DNA from: an uncultured virus (IMG/VR IMGVR_UViG_3300030098_005439)
Lineage: Duplodnaviria > Heunggongvirae > Uroviricota > Caudoviricetes
IMG/VR virus record: IMGVR_UViG_3300030098_005439
Strand: one strand, 5' to 3'
DNA: 64,000 nucleotides
A program made the position numbers and the translations under genes. A model generated the notes under the pieces. That model had not been told where the DNA came from and searched no databases. It saw nothing but the letters and a program-made list of their open reading frames with translations. Positions 10,201 through 20,562 of this stretch are shown piece by piece (the stretch's first letter is position 1; each line of letters begins with the position of its first letter).

Positions 10201-13200
10201 TCTAAAACACCACTTTTACTTGTAATTACGTCTGGAATAATGCGAGCCGGAACTCCAGTTTTTTGTTGTGCTGCTTTTTGCTTTGTTAGCGCATCAGCAT
10301 CCATCCCGGTTCGCAATTTCGTAAACACATCAACAATTTGGAACAGCTTGTCTACTTTTGCCAGCGGTACAAGCGGCACGAGTAACGAAATTTGATCCTG
10401 ATAAAAATCAATAAAATACTCAGCGCCGTTTCGTTTTGCAGACTCAATCGCGTTGACGAGATCCTCATTCACCTTGCCCGTCATTCGAATGTGTTTTTCG
10501 ATCACTTCGACAAGGTCAGGGTTTGCATTTTCCCTGTTGAATCTGAGTTCTTTGCGAGAAAACTTGTCTACCAGTTTTTTGATTTCTGAGCCCAACTCTT
10601 TAGTCAACTCAGTAGATTCAAAAAGTATGCCCAACTTTCTTACGAAACCAGGGTGAACATCGCCCCTTCGAATTCGGTTTAACGGCCCCGCTTCAATATC
10701 TTGCATGACCTTGTGAACTAAGTCGTACTCAGCGACGGACATGATCCTCAAATTTGCTTCAGGATCTAACAATCCCTTCGGCAAAATATCGGATGCAGGC
10801 TGTTGGGATATTTCTTGAATGATCGTCCTCATGCCTGCAATCTGTCGATCAGATAGCGTAAAGAACTCGGTTTCACGTATTTGCTGGTCTACCAAGACTT
10901 TTGGGCCTGGAGAGTTGATGCGTTGCCGCTCATCAAATGCGGCCAAGTCATCAGGGCGAACAAGCGGTGAAAGGTTACTCCGATCTACATTTCCGTCTTG
11001 ACCCCTTTGAGCCAAGAATTTCGCTTTTGTATCTGGGAAGTCGCCTAAGCTTTCGATCAGTCGCTTTTTGACGTTCTCCAAAATCTGAACAGCCCTGGAT
11101 ACTGGAACAATGTATCGGCCTGTACCCACGGTTGTTGTCTTTGCACGCTTTAGCGTGCTGCGGAACCTGTCAGTTTTAATGTATGCAATTGTTTTGATGA
11201 GAACATCGATGGCATCATCTGTTGTGTCGGCGTAAACTCTCCGTGGAATACGCACGGTTTGACCTGTGGTGGGGTCAACATCAGCATCAACGCGAGTGAT
11301 AAACTTATCACCAAGGTATTGATGAATCACTTCTGGGTTCATTGACGGCTGTTTGGCAGATTCTTCTCGTGCAAATTTAGCAGGCTTGCTGTCGAGCACC
11401 TGCTGCCTTGCGTCTGCATCTACAAAAATTGCGTATGGTCGTTTTCTAACCACGCTTGCGGTTAGCGCATCGATGTTCCTGCGATCAGATGGCAATGTAC
11501 CAAATTCAAGATCCCAATATTGCCGAACTGACTTTGGCAGTAACCCTGGTTTATTTCTGAGTTTGCTCCAGAAGTTGTGCAAACCAATGTACAACTCATC
11601 AAACATTCTACGCAGAAATCCGTTTTTTGCATCCTTGGTGCGTCTGTACAGCCTCCAAGCTTCAGCAAACTGCTCATGACCAACATCGGTCAGGCGTTTT
11701 TTGCCCTGGTTATTGACGGTGTGATCAAACAAACCAAATAGCTTTTGATTGAAATTATCACCCATGAGCGTGGCCATGAAGTGACCGTTCTCATGCCAGA
11801 GCGCATCAACATCGCCCGCAGTAAACAAGTTGATGATTGATTGTCGGGTGTTCGAATCATATTCGAAGTAACCCAAAGGAATGTCTTTTTTACGAGCAAA
11901 TCGAATATCTGGGTCTGCCACTGTATCTTCGAGCGTCAAAACAATGCGACCACCGTCCGCATCGGTTGTGCGCGTTGTTCCCTCGGGCATGTCTCCCATA
12001 AACCGCGCTGTTGGGCCTGCCGATCGATTCCGTGTAACGTTGAGGTTGCGAATTACCTCTACAGCGCTTCCAAATTGCGTATCTACAGCATCGGAGATTT
12101 TAAATGCTTGAAACTCAATTAGGGCCATAAATCGCTGTGCATCATTCACATCGATTAGTTTGTCATTCACCAGACCTTGTACTTGTCGTTGTATTTTTCT
12201 GTACTCTGGAGATGAACGAAAAACACGAACTTCGCTGACACCCAAGTCGTTGATTACTTCTTTGGAAAGCTTGCGAATCGACTGAATATCACCTGATGAT
12301 AGTACGTCAGCAGCAATATATTTGTCTGGGTCACGGTCAGCTAACAGTAAAACGCGTCTTAGTATTTCTCGTTCAGCTACTGTTAAATCATTTGTAAGAA
12401 TCTTACCTTTGTTTTTTCGTTGTCGTAATCCAGCTTGTATCAATGAGTTTATTTTTACAAGAGAATCTGACGATTTGGTTTCAACAACACCATCAAACAA
12501 CTTTTGTTTTGCAAGCTGATATCGAATGCTTGGAGATCCTTGACCTTTTAAAATTTGAGTGACTGCGCCAGGAGTATTCGCTGCCGTTCTGAAACCCATG
12601 CCACCAGCTTTAAATAGACGCTTCTCCAAGTTGAGAAACATGTCTAAAAACATACCTAAATTTTGTAGCAGGTTGTACTCAATGTCATCTGGCTGATAGC
12701 CCAACGCGGTTGCGACCTCCGCGTATCCAACCTGAAATCCACCGAGCGCCGACATCATTCTCGCGTCAAATCTAGTAATCAAATCATCGTCTGGATCACG
12801 AATACCCAAGCGAAGCATTTTGTCTAAACCAGCCGGTGTTGGCAGATATATGCCGTTTGGTAATCCAAAATTTTTTAACAACGAAGTAAGCGTATCGTCT
12901 ATTCCGACAAGATCAGTAATCCAGTTATCCGCCAAACCACCCTCAACCTCCGCTGCTGCAGTGGTTACCGCACCGGCCCAATTCAACACCTCGCCAATCG
13001 TAGATCGCTTGAAAAACGTTCCGAACTTCGGATCATCGACCTTTTCCATCAAAACGTCGAACGCTGCACGAGTTGTTCTTCGAGCACCAATTTCACCAGT
13101 TTCTTCTTCTTGGAACTTCAATAGCGATAAGCCCCACCCATCCAACTCTTTTTGTGAAGGTATGGTTGACTCCAAAATCTCTTCAAAAAGATACTGTGTT

Positions 13201-14912
13201 GCAAATGTGCGGAATGGAATGGCATTTAGAAGGCTTTGAACTTTATCGTCCTCAACGCCCTGATGAACACTTTGAATTGCAGCGATCAATACAGGATCAA
13301 TATCCATCTTCAATATCGGATGATCTTGTGGTACCAAAACAGCAACTTGCTTGAATAAATTTAGATCAGGCTGCTCTTTCATCAGCGACGGGTGTAAGTC
13401 GTTGTATGAGAGTTGTAGAAAAGACTCTTGTATTCTTTCATCTTTTTCTTCGTCAGAAATACGACCATACTTGAATGCCTCGTATACAACCAACAAGCTA
13501 TCGTCAGCAGGAGATGGTTTTAAATTACGAGACTTTACGTCCAAGTCATATTTACTTTGAACCATCATGTCCTGACGGACACGTGATCGAGCCTCTTGAT
13601 ATTCAGGGTCATTTAATATTTGCGCTCGAATGTCTTTCAAGTCGAGCAGAAACTGATCCTGCATTGGAGACTTTTCAAACAGAGCATTCAATGTAGCAAA
13701 AGGATGCTTGGGCACCATACCGGGAATTTTTGGTAGTTCGAATGTTTCGGGCTTAAAATCAATGTCTTCACTCGACTGAGTTTTCAACATCTCTTCATGC
13801 GCTTCAAGAGACTCTCTTGTTTTTCGTTGTAAGTCTTCGAAATCTACGATGCCGTGTCTATCCAAAAGCTTAACCGCATCTTTTACGCCAATAACGTCAG
13901 CAGTTTCAACAATATTTGTGACCATTGCATCACGAAGCTGATCGGACAAAATTGTATAGAAGTCACCGAAATCGTCGCCTAATCCAAAATTGACCCAACC
14001 CCTTTTTGCTAGATCAAGCAAATGGTCTGTTTTGCTATATTCGCCGGGAACCTCTGCGAGCCCACCAACACCGAGCGCCACCATTCCGCCTGCGCCTGTC
14101 ATGCTGATTCCGCCCAATAGTGCTCCCACAATACCGCCACCAAGGGCGATTACTGGTCCGCCTGCAGCGGTAGCAGCGGCACCTTTGACAAAACCACCCA
14201 CAACACCACCGGCACCCGAAGCGATCGCAATACCTTTTAGGCGGTCATTTGTTACCTTGACACCAAGCAACTCCTTATCTTGGGCTTCAGTAATAATATT
14301 ACCTTTATCGTCGGTGATCCCCATTGCTGCAGTGTCTTTGACCGGAATGTTCAACGACTGAGGTATTGGTTCAGCCAAAACACTATAGGCGCGGCTGTAA
14401 AGGCTTTTACCCTGACTTTTGCGGGCCTCTGCAGCGGCAGCTTGGTAGGTAGGTATTGTACCAAAACGTGGGTGAACACGAGAAAAAGCAGAGACATAGC
14501 TACTGCCAATGTATTTTGAAAGCAATCCTTCATCCGGCAGATCACCAACTACAACACCTCTTTCACCAAGCGTGTCGTTTACTCTTTTCTCAAGTGCCTC
14601 TTTGTCTAAAGGGTTCGACTCAAACCACTCTTCAACCGCATCAGCACCCCTCATTTTTACCTCTACAGGTATGTTGAAGTCTTTGTTGATGTAGTCGTTT
14701 CTGAGTTGTATTCTGTATTCATTAAATACAGCGTTCTTTTCGTCTAATAACTCAAGTGGCGGCTCGACTCGTTGTTGGAAACGCTCTACAGCCTCATCGT
14801 CTGCAATTTCACCTTCATCGATTGAATCCTCTTCATCAGAGTCAGATTCTAAGTTCTCTTCAAGGTTTTTAAGATCAACGTCTTCAAGGTCTTTTTCATC
14901 TTGAATTGCCAC
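7206..14912 (-). CDS. Giant internal virion/ejection protein with a zincin-like HExxH motif
   Basis: 2568 aa; two Gly-rich hydrophobic hairpins; ALWHENGH (about 11781-11804) followed by HEQFAE; position matches podovirus ejection proteins. Confidence 0.65.
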   Translation of the reverse strand: MAIQDEKDLEDVDLKNLEENLESDSDEEDSIDEGEIADDEAVERFQQRVEPPLELLDEKNAVFNEYRIQLRNDYINKDFNIPVEVKMRGADAVEEWFESNPLDKEALEKRVNDTLGERGVVVGDLPDEGLLSKYIGSSYVSAFSRVHPRFGTIPTYQAAAAEARKSQGKSLYSRAYSVLAEPIPQSLNIPVKDTAAMGITDDKGNIITEAQDKELLGVKVTNDRLKGIAIASGAGGVVGGFVKGAAATAAGGPVIALGGGIVGALLGGISMTGAGGMVALGVGGLAEVPGEYSKTDHLLDLAKRGWVNFGLGDDFGDFYTILSDQLRDAMVTNIVETADVIGVKDAVKLLDRHGIVDFEDLQRKTRESLEAHEEMLKTQSSEDIDFKPETFELPKIPGMVPKHPFATLNALFEKSPMQDQFLLDLKDIRAQILNDPEYQEARSRVRQDMMVQSKYDLDVKSRNLKPSPADDSLLVVYEAFKYGRISDEEKDERIQESFLQLSYNDLHPSLMKEQPDLNLFKQVAVLVPQDHPILKMDIDPVLIAAIQSVHQGVEDDKVQSLLNAIPFRTFATQYLFEEILESTIPSQKELDGWGLSLLKFQEEETGEIGARRTTRAAFDVLMEKVDDPKFGTFFKRSTIGEVLNWAGAVTTAAAEVEGGLADNWITDLVGIDDTLTSLLKNFGLPNGIYLPTPAGLDKMLRLGIRDPDDDLITRFDARMMSALGGFQVGYAEVATALGYQPDDIEYNLLQNLGMFLDMFLNLEKRLFKAGGMGFRTAANTPGAVTQILKGQGSPSIRYQLAKQKLFDGVVETKSSDSLVKINSLIQAGLRQRKNKGKILTNDLTVAEREILRRVLLLADRDPDKYIAADVLSSGDIQSIRKLSKEVINDLGVSEVRVFRSSPEYRKIQRQVQGLVNDKLIDVNDAQRFMALIEFQAFKISDAVDTQFGSAVEVIRNLNVTRNRSAGPTARFMGDMPEGTTRTTDADGGRIVLTLEDTVADPDIRFARKKDIPLGYFEYDSNTRQSIINLFTAGDVDALWHENGHFMATLMGDNFNQKLFGLFDHTVNNQGKKRLTDVGHEQFAEAWRLYRRTKDAKNGFLRRMFDELYIGLHNFWSKLRNKPGLLPKSVRQYWDLEFGTLPSDRRNIDALTASVVRKRPYAIFVDADARQQVLDSKPAKFAREESAKQPSMNPEVIHQYLGDKFITRVDADVDPTTGQTVRIPRRVYADTTDDAIDVLIKTIAYIKTDRFRSTLKRAKTTTVGTGRYIVPVSRAVQILENVKKRLIESLGDFPDTKAKFLAQRGQDGNVDRSNLSPLVRPDDLAAFDERQRINSPGPKVLVDQQIRETEFFTLSDRQIAGMRTIIQEISQQPASDILPKGLLDPEANLRIMSVAEYDLVHKVMQDIEAGPLNRIRRGDVHPGFVRKLGILFESTELTKELGSEIKKLVDKFSRKELRFNRENANPDLVEVIEKHIRMTGKVNEDLVNAIESAKRNGAEYFIDFYQDQISLLVPLVPLAKVDKLFQIVDVFTKLRTGMDADALTKQKAAQQKTGVPARIIPDVITSKSGVLDIDYILNNLNDIQDILDGYHGMTRLERESLIALRTLKQKGVKSAGITDQQRIIAADAIQVLHNGLLEKYSFVFETAMDHFKIAMGVEGQKVNWNFSNQDILKIYKSYYQGDLIQMYQVGATKSLVPLSPKAAKKLLGKTSKTDADTIALLTNVLVFGKISELRRGLAKELAEAGYNTNRRALFEQISKRADLGEVAGLDRQKYIERIAFYIDQELAFQDKVIIQRGTAGQKAGLLQAPAKAPEDLYGISEALPSQKNHPDSKVFGELEKAAKDEASRILDQMGIKRQLGTVSVLKLGDETFLLPESLIQGLEETMADIYKEPSFRLERNFGKNGTVEYALTGDQPEISVTIAKEMKDAARIYAQNFPALPKNFYKGLLIGSGGVPMVPYFMGVYLGTVSQVQLGQGLTAAGADLVRFPGVMTDAIGSYNNTKRINFVSGVLARTFGDGTHKPDTAPYIFKDGRVLTADGMANALIEEGVKGSFVSTLNNTNIHSRILNAFTQANPWVGGSAIGGTIGGMIGLLGGGPVGAVAGAAGGAGLSAVTLGMILRPDGFFARSSRFFGEVATAIDSYFRIRIMIREMENGADIKQAAKRTREIALDYSDLSDWEKNYISEVFAFYTYFKQATKLVAKSIVENPDRVLTQLKIARASQLKVTELEDPERVLSPWDRTRTFLPFKIGDHAIRLPYLITADVFALISDIIGAFSALPFTPNIVGEEQAQKSLLGLLSRANPYFLEFLYKPTTGLDPARGFALERATNQVPSFIVQLDHDLFGGVLHDKFGIVHLPESELKFVFDDKTGRKVNVRNIEMPGRGIYISTNPGLSNFVLEFMQTVGTGRMLDVIDAVDRSNIGLTEAMLKAADAYYQADKERPLLARVPGLVQLGVVKPTRKFTYDVSMKPGEPPRPVTMARPTDTFDATVAPGVKGYLDTATAHRAMREDFSYQGTDGTNYKLRYKDFYPLYLLKLIGLSPVHIDLENEANTSFKIKQHLRELKTSEN

Positions 14913-14931
14913 GATTAAACCACCTTATATT

Positions 14932-17900
14932 TTATTGAGCCCGCTTTACTGTTGGAACTTCCAATCCAAGGCGTTTAGCCAACTCAGGAATATTGTCGAT
15001 TGTAATGCCTTCCTGACCTTTTAGGCTAAAGTTTTTGAATACATCTGGATATTCTGCAAAAGGATCAGACGGAAGATATTTACCATCTGTTCCAGGCACG
15101 GACTTGCCTGACTCGTTTGCTACGTGTACCTCGAAGTGCAAGTGTGCCGCCTTTGAGCCGCCTGTATTACCGGCAGCGCCGATAACATCTCCTGCCTTCA
15201 CGCGATCTCCCGGTGAAAGCTTGGCATCACTCAGATGCATAGACTTCGTTATGCGACCATCGTCGTGCAGAATGTAAACATACTTGCCGGGTCCAGTCCC
15301 GATATATTCGCCGTCTTCATTTTTTGTGTTTGCTGTATGGCGACCACCAAGAGTTTCATCGTTGTTTGAAGCAATTACGATGCCGTCAGCAATAGCGAAT
15401 ACGTCGTCACCTTCGAATGCTCTGAGATCGATACCCTCGTGGGCAATGCCTGATCTTTCTGTAGCGGCATCCGTTACCAATCCCCCATCGCGCGTAACGG
15501 GCGGTTTGTTTACTGCGACGGCTCTCGGTGGTGTTGGAGCCTCCGGTTGTGAAAATCTCTTATTGATCTCGTCGTACATTTTTCTGTTAAAGGTTGGATT
15601 TGCAAACCTTCTGAACACTCTTGCAATTTCATTAGCACCTTCGATTGCTTCATCGTAGCTAAGTGTTCCTTCTTTCTCTTCAGTCGGAAGTTGCGAAAAT
15701 AAGTCTCGTGTTGCGCCAAGCATCGCTTGTTTCGATCTAGCCTGAGCAACAGCATCCGGTTCACGGGGAGCGGAGATCCGTGGCACATTACCAACAGGTA
15801 GACTGGACTGTACATCTGCTAGTCTTTGATCGGGGGTCCGAGCATCTACTTCGTTTACTGAATCACGTGATTTGGCTCTGCGAATGAGTTCATCATCAGA
15901 GGCGATTTGCTCTGGAGTTGGATCATAAGACTCAGGTGCCACGAACATATCGGGTGCATCTGCTTGAGCAATCATTCGAGTATCTGACTCCCGTTGTTCC
16001 GGTGGCATTTCGCTTTCATCGACTGTTTCACCAATAGGAGCAATCGTTTCAATCGGCGTAACGGTTGATCCAGCAGACGCTGTAAAGGTTGTTCCCGTAG
16101 GAACGCCTTGTGGTGTAGGCGTTCTTCCTGAAGGAACGTTTGCCTCTACAATTGCCTCTGCAGGTGGTGGTGCGGGCTCTTGGGTCGGGTCACGCAAGGC
16201 GTCTTGCAACATCTGATCTCGTTCATCTGCAATTCTTCCGCCACCGATAACATCACTTGGTCGATCCGAACGTTGTCGTATTTCAGCCAATTCAGTGTCT
16301 AAATCTTCACCACGAATTCCCTGCAATCTTTCTTCGGCTATTTGCTGACGACGAGCCTCATTTCGAGCCAGTCGTGTAGCCTCTTCTGGCTCTCTAATAG
16401 AAGCAATTTGCGCAAGAACAGGTTCGTCTAAATCAGTAGTATCATCTGGGAATCGTTCACCAAATTCGCCCGCAAACTTACGAAGCCTTCTCGCAGCCAA
16501 GCGGTCATCTTGTTCACGTTTTGTTTCTTCAAACTGCCGATATTTACGACTACCAGGACGAAACAGGTTTTCAACCAACAACCGAGGATCGTCTCGTGGT
16601 GGCTCATCTGCTTCAGGCGTCACTGGTGGTGTGGTCGGTATCTGTTGTCTCGGGCGCTGTGGTGCAGGGGTCACCCTTGCGCCCTTATCGGCATCCATAG
16701 CTGCTACAAAGCGATCTATAGACTCATATCTTCCGTATTTATTGGTATCGAAAAAATCGGGTCGCTCTCGTTGAGACAAAGACTTTGCTCTATAGAAAAT
16801 CTCCATAAGGTCCGATCGGCTTGCGTTTCCTTCGCTGATCATATCCATGGTGTTGTTAAATTCTGTTGCAATCTGTCCGACAGGAAATCTTTTACCTGTC
16901 ACACTGAAACCTTCTCCAAGTGAATCAGGATGATCCAAAAAATCAACCATATCTGATGTTGATGCCAATGCTTCTCGGTTGGGATCTAATGATACGTCTG
17001 CAATATACTCCCCGATTGTTTGAGTTGTGATTGCAGAGTCATCAAGGCTTGGTAGGGCGTTAACCATGATCTGTCGCCGGCCTTCTGGCGTATCTGTTTT
17101 GCCTTCTTGCGGCTGCGTGTACTCGTAAGCAGCCAAAACAAACGGCTGTGGAAAAAAGCTTTTGATGTCTTCCGGCAATCTAAAAAAGCCTTCTACAACA
17201 TCTTCCAACTCAGCATCGGCAGCAGATTGATCTTCGTTTGTGGCCGAGTTTGCTCTGTTGATTGCGTTTGTCATCCTATTGATAACTGCCGGAATGATCG
17301 GAACACCCGTAGAGTCAGTTTCCTCTTGCTCTGGAATGTCCTCAACGGGCTCTGGTGCCGCCTCCACAGGCTCTGGAGCAGCCTCGGGCTCTGGAGCAGC
17401 CTCGGGTGCCGCTACATCGTCATACAGGCCCACAGCCTCTCTGAAGCCCGTTACACGCAAAATGGGGTGGTCCAGCAGCGCCAACTCTTGTCTATTCAGC
17501 CTACGACTCTTTGCGAAAGCATTGACCGCATCTTTCCGTCGCGTTTCCAATTGCTTCCGACGATTTTCCAGCCTCCTTTCAGCACGTGTTTCGCGGTCTG
17601 ACTGGACCTCCGTACCGCGACCAAGATCAGCAAGAATTGAATATGACTTAGACTCGCCTGGACCCAAGGCCATCTTTTTGGCGGCTTCGGCCTGCACATC
17701 TTCTGAGGCAGACTCATCCACTCTGATTTCATTGTTTTCATCAATGGTGTATCCGCCAGGGACCACCTGATTCAAAAATGCTTGCTTTTCCTCGATCGAA
17801 TCGTTTTCTGCCGGAATGTCAATAGATGCACCGACACCCAAGTCTTCTTCAATACGATCAAAAATCGCATCTTCGAGCAATTTTATCTTCGCCTCTAATT

Positions 17901-18669
17901 CAGGATCGCCCTCAAATTTGTACGTTTTTCCAAGGTACTTTTGCTGAAGTTCAGGGCTATCAAAAACCTGATTCAAAAAATCTTCATCTAAATTTTGATT
18001 TTGATCAACTTTGATGAGCGGGAATCTTTCTGCTAACCCTGAAGGGTCAACAGGTTGACCGACAGGCTCGCCAGAAATTTGACTCACTGCATTAGCCGTT
18101 TCCGCCTTGATTCTCGTTTCGATTAAACCGTATAATGGAAAATCTTTCGTTTCTTGTAGCACTTTTTGAAAAATCAAAAACTTAGCGATATTTATAGATT
18201 TGTCATTTATACCATTCAAAGAGTTTATAAACATATCTAACTCTTTGCCTACCGTAGATTGTTCCTGAAAAGAAGACAGTAATTTTGTATTAGAAACTAG
18301 TTGATCGACAAAACCATTAACTTCTGTACTTTGAAACAAAGCGTGTGCGGAATTGTTGCTCGATATTAAAGCCTTTAATTCTTTTTCTATCTCACTCTTG
18401 TCTTTTTCGATTAGCTTATCGTTTCTTGCTCGATCTTTTTTCAAGTTACTTAACAAAGACGGCAAACGATCAAATCCCACTCTTGACCTTGAACTGGATC
18501 GAGTCATTCCCTGACGAGCCAAGAGACGATCAATGTATTGAATCTCTCTATCCAGCTTATCTACAGTGGTTTTTACCTGCTGAAAATCTTGCTCGTATGA
18601 CTTCATCTGCGTCGATGCAGACGACCTAAATGATTCATTAAATTTTTGTGTCCAACTCAAATCGGCCAT
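14932..18669 (-). CDS. Virion protein with C-terminal M23 peptidase (peptidoglycan hydrolase)
   Basis: HEGIDL...YVYILHDDG...MHL...V.AGDVIGAAGNTGGS.AAHLHFEV are the canonical M23 HxxxD and HxH motifs. Confidence 0.85.
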   Translation of the reverse strand: MADLSWTQKFNESFRSSASTQMKSYEQDFQQVKTTVDKLDREIQYIDRLLARQGMTRSSSRSRVGFDRLPSLLSNLKKDRARNDKLIEKDKSEIEKELKALISSNNSAHALFQSTEVNGFVDQLVSNTKLLSSFQEQSTVGKELDMFINSLNGINDKSINIAKFLIFQKVLQETKDFPLYGLIETRIKAETANAVSQISGEPVGQPVDPSGLAERFPLIKVDQNQNLDEDFLNQVFDSPELQQKYLGKTYKFEGDPELEAKIKLLEDAIFDRIEEDLGVGASIDIPAENDSIEEKQAFLNQVVPGGYTIDENNEIRVDESASEDVQAEAAKKMALGPGESKSYSILADLGRGTEVQSDRETRAERRLENRRKQLETRRKDAVNAFAKSRRLNRQELALLDHPILRVTGFREAVGLYDDVAAPEAAPEPEAAPEPVEAAPEPVEDIPEQEETDSTGVPIIPAVINRMTNAINRANSATNEDQSAADAELEDVVEGFFRLPEDIKSFFPQPFVLAAYEYTQPQEGKTDTPEGRRQIMVNALPSLDDSAITTQTIGEYIADVSLDPNREALASTSDMVDFLDHPDSLGEGFSVTGKRFPVGQIATEFNNTMDMISEGNASRSDLMEIFYRAKSLSQRERPDFFDTNKYGRYESIDRFVAAMDADKGARVTPAPQRPRQQIPTTPPVTPEADEPPRDDPRLLVENLFRPGSRKYRQFEETKREQDDRLAARRLRKFAGEFGERFPDDTTDLDEPVLAQIASIREPEEATRLARNEARRQQIAEERLQGIRGEDLDTELAEIRQRSDRPSDVIGGGRIADERDQMLQDALRDPTQEPAPPPAEAIVEANVPSGRTPTPQGVPTGTTFTASAGSTVTPIETIAPIGETVDESEMPPEQRESDTRMIAQADAPDMFVAPESYDPTPEQIASDDELIRRAKSRDSVNEVDARTPDQRLADVQSSLPVGNVPRISAPREPDAVAQARSKQAMLGATRDLFSQLPTEEKEGTLSYDEAIEGANEIARVFRRFANPTFNRKMYDEINKRFSQPEAPTPPRAVAVNKPPVTRDGGLVTDAATERSGIAHEGIDLRAFEGDDVFAIADGIVIASNNDETLGGRHTANTKNEDGEYIGTGPGKYVYILHDDGRITKSMHLSDAKLSPGDRVKAGDVIGAAGNTGGSKAAHLHFEVHVANESGKSVPGTDGKYLPSDPFAEYPDVFKNFSLKGQEGITIDNIPELAKRLGLEVPTVKRAQ

Positions 18670-18679
18670 GATTGTCTCG

Positions 18680-19231
18680 CTACTTGCTTAGGTAAAAAAT
18701 CAACAGCTTGTCACCACTTGTTGCAGTACCACCTGTGTTGTCGATTGTATCCGATGTCTTAATAGAAAACTCAGTACTTAGGTCTGTTAAAATACCAGAA
18801 GTGCCGTCTTGTTCAAACACTCCAATCAATTCATCTTGAATGGTAAGACCAGACACAGTGTGATTCCCTGCGGCACCGCCATTAATCAACGCAATCTTAA
18901 TCGGGTTTGTTATTTTGGCACCCGTGATCGCTCCATTCTCAATCATTGATGAGTCGACAAAGCCGGACCCAAACAATCCTCGAAGACCACTCGCGGCGGT
19001 AAACGTTGACTTGCCGATCACTTGCAACAAAAACGATGCCGTAAATGAACTTGCCGCGAACGCACGTGAAACAAGCGTCGAGTCAAACAAGTTATCGTCG
19101 AAGTTTTCGGACCTTAAATTGGTAGTTCGAAACGCACCCCTTGCGATGTTTTGTATTTTTTTGGGGGTTACGGGCGGTTCGGTTGGAGACGTAGTTTCTC
19201 TTGGCACGTATCGGCCATTGCGCCAAGGCAT
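18680..19231 (-). CDS. Hypothetical virion protein
   Basis: In structural operon; GAITGAKI fibre-like motif. Confidence 0.55.
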   Translation of the reverse strand: MPWRNGRYVPRETTSPTEPPVTPKKIQNIARGAFRTTNLRSENFDDNLFDSTLVSRAFAASSFTASFLLQVIGKSTFTAASGLRGLFGSGFVDSSMIENGAITGAKITNPIKIALINGGAAGNHTVSGLTIQDELIGVFEQDGTSGILTDLSTEFSIKTSDTIDNTGGTATSGDKLLIFYLSK

Positions 19232-19240
19232 CGTAGCCCC

Positions 19241-20128
19241 CTATTGTGTGTATCTAGGCATATATCTAGGCATGTAAGGCAGCGGGTTCTGCAGAGCCAT
19301 TTTTTCGCGCTGTTTTGCTGCTTCTGCTGCACGTAGATTCTGCAACTCTTGGGCAGTTTCACCAAATTTGGTGTCGACTTTTTCTTGAGTTTGACCGAGT
19401 TTTACCTGGCGTTGTAGTTGCTGTCCGGCGCGATCGAATGTTGCGTCTGCTTGTGCGCCCTCTTGGGTGAGACCCTTAGCCATCAAGTCCTTAACATTCT
19501 CATCTTTTTTCTCGATTCGTTCACCAAGTCGAGTCGAGCGCTTGGCTTGACGCCTAGCCGTGTCCTCAAGCTTACGCTCATACGTTTTAGGTTTCAACGC
19601 AGCAGCGCCCTTGAATGCTGAACCTACTATATTTCCAGCAAGGTTAATTCTGGCAAGCTTTTGCCCAAGTTTCTTTTCGGCCCTTTCATCTTCGATGGCT
19701 GACATTTCAGCAGCACGCTGTTGTCGTTCTGCAGCCCTATCTTTCATAGCTTGGGTCTCTGCTCTCATTCTTGCGCCCTGAACCTGTTGTTCAGTTCCGG
19801 CGAGACCTTGAAGTAGTCCCGCAGCCTTTGTGGGGTCTACTCTTGACGGCAACTCTCGCACGATTTGTTGTTGACGGGCTGAAGCCTCTCCCGCAGCCGC
19901 TTCGACAAACGCCGCTCTACGCCGCTCTTCATCGGGATCGAGACCAGCACGAAGATCGCGATATCGAGCCGCTTGACCTGGATCGGGTGCAAACCGTGCT
20001 CTATCGCCAAGATAGCCAAAAAGAGACTCAGCAACGTCACCACCGAAACCCAATGCAATTCTTTTGCGATCGATTCCTTCAGTGTACAAAGACTGCTGCA
20101 ATAGCGCTTCTCGTTCTTGTTCTGTCAT
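19241..20128 (-). CDS. Putative ejection/DNA-transfer protein
   Basis: Helical, A/Q/R-rich coiled coil; AGGAG RBS; position. Confidence 0.55.
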   Translation of the reverse strand: MTEQEREALLQQSLYTEGIDRKRIALGFGGDVAESLFGYLGDRARFAPDPGQAARYRDLRAGLDPDEERRRAAFVEAAAGEASARQQQIVRELPSRVDPTKAAGLLQGLAGTEQQVQGARMRAETQAMKDRAAERQQRAAEMSAIEDERAEKKLGQKLARINLAGNIVGSAFKGAAALKPKTYERKLEDTARRQAKRSTRLGERIEKKDENVKDLMAKGLTQEGAQADATFDRAGQQLQRQVKLGQTQEKVDTKFGETAQELQNLRAAEAAKQREKMALQNPLPYMPRYMPRYTQ

Positions 20129-20137
20129 TGTCTTCTC

Positions 20138-20542
20138 CTACGCCGAAAATGGTCTACCGTATGTGCTCGCCATGTACTGATCATAAGGGGTTCCAGGCCC
20201 ACCGCTCATCGATGATTGCAATAATTGATCTGCCGAAGCCATGCTTGGGCCTCGCGCCTCAGAACTTTCCTTGATGGCCCTGTTGCGCGCCTCTCTGGCT
20301 TGTGCGTCTTCTCTACGCTGCGCAACCTCTGCAGCAACCTGAGCCTTTCTTGCCCTTTCTCGCTGCTTTCTGGCTCTCTTTTTGGCCTCTTTTTCAGCGT
20401 CTTTTTGGACCTTGTTTTGCATCAGACCAAGAGTCAGTCCTACAGCCGCTCCAACACCCGCACCAATGGGTCCAAGCGCTGCGCCAGCAGCAGCCATTGA
20501 TGCTGTGCTTGCTCCAACTGTAAGGGCATCATCTACGGCCAT
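20138..20542 (-). CDS. Putative small ejection protein
   Basis: N-terminal Gly/Ala hydrophobic hairpin plus charged coil. Confidence 0.55.
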   Translation of the reverse strand: MAVDDALTVGASTASMAAAGAALGPIGAGVGAAVGLTLGLMQNKVQKDAEKEAKKRARKQRERARKAQVAAEVAQRREDAQAREARNRAIKESSEARGPSMASADQLLQSSMSGGPGTPYDQYMASTYGRPFSA

Positions 20543-20562
20543 TGAATCCTCTTGCTTCTATA

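Noticed and set aside
17340..17410. Tandem nucleotide repeat in the M23 protein gene
   Set aside because: It simply encodes a low-complexity APEPEA linker.
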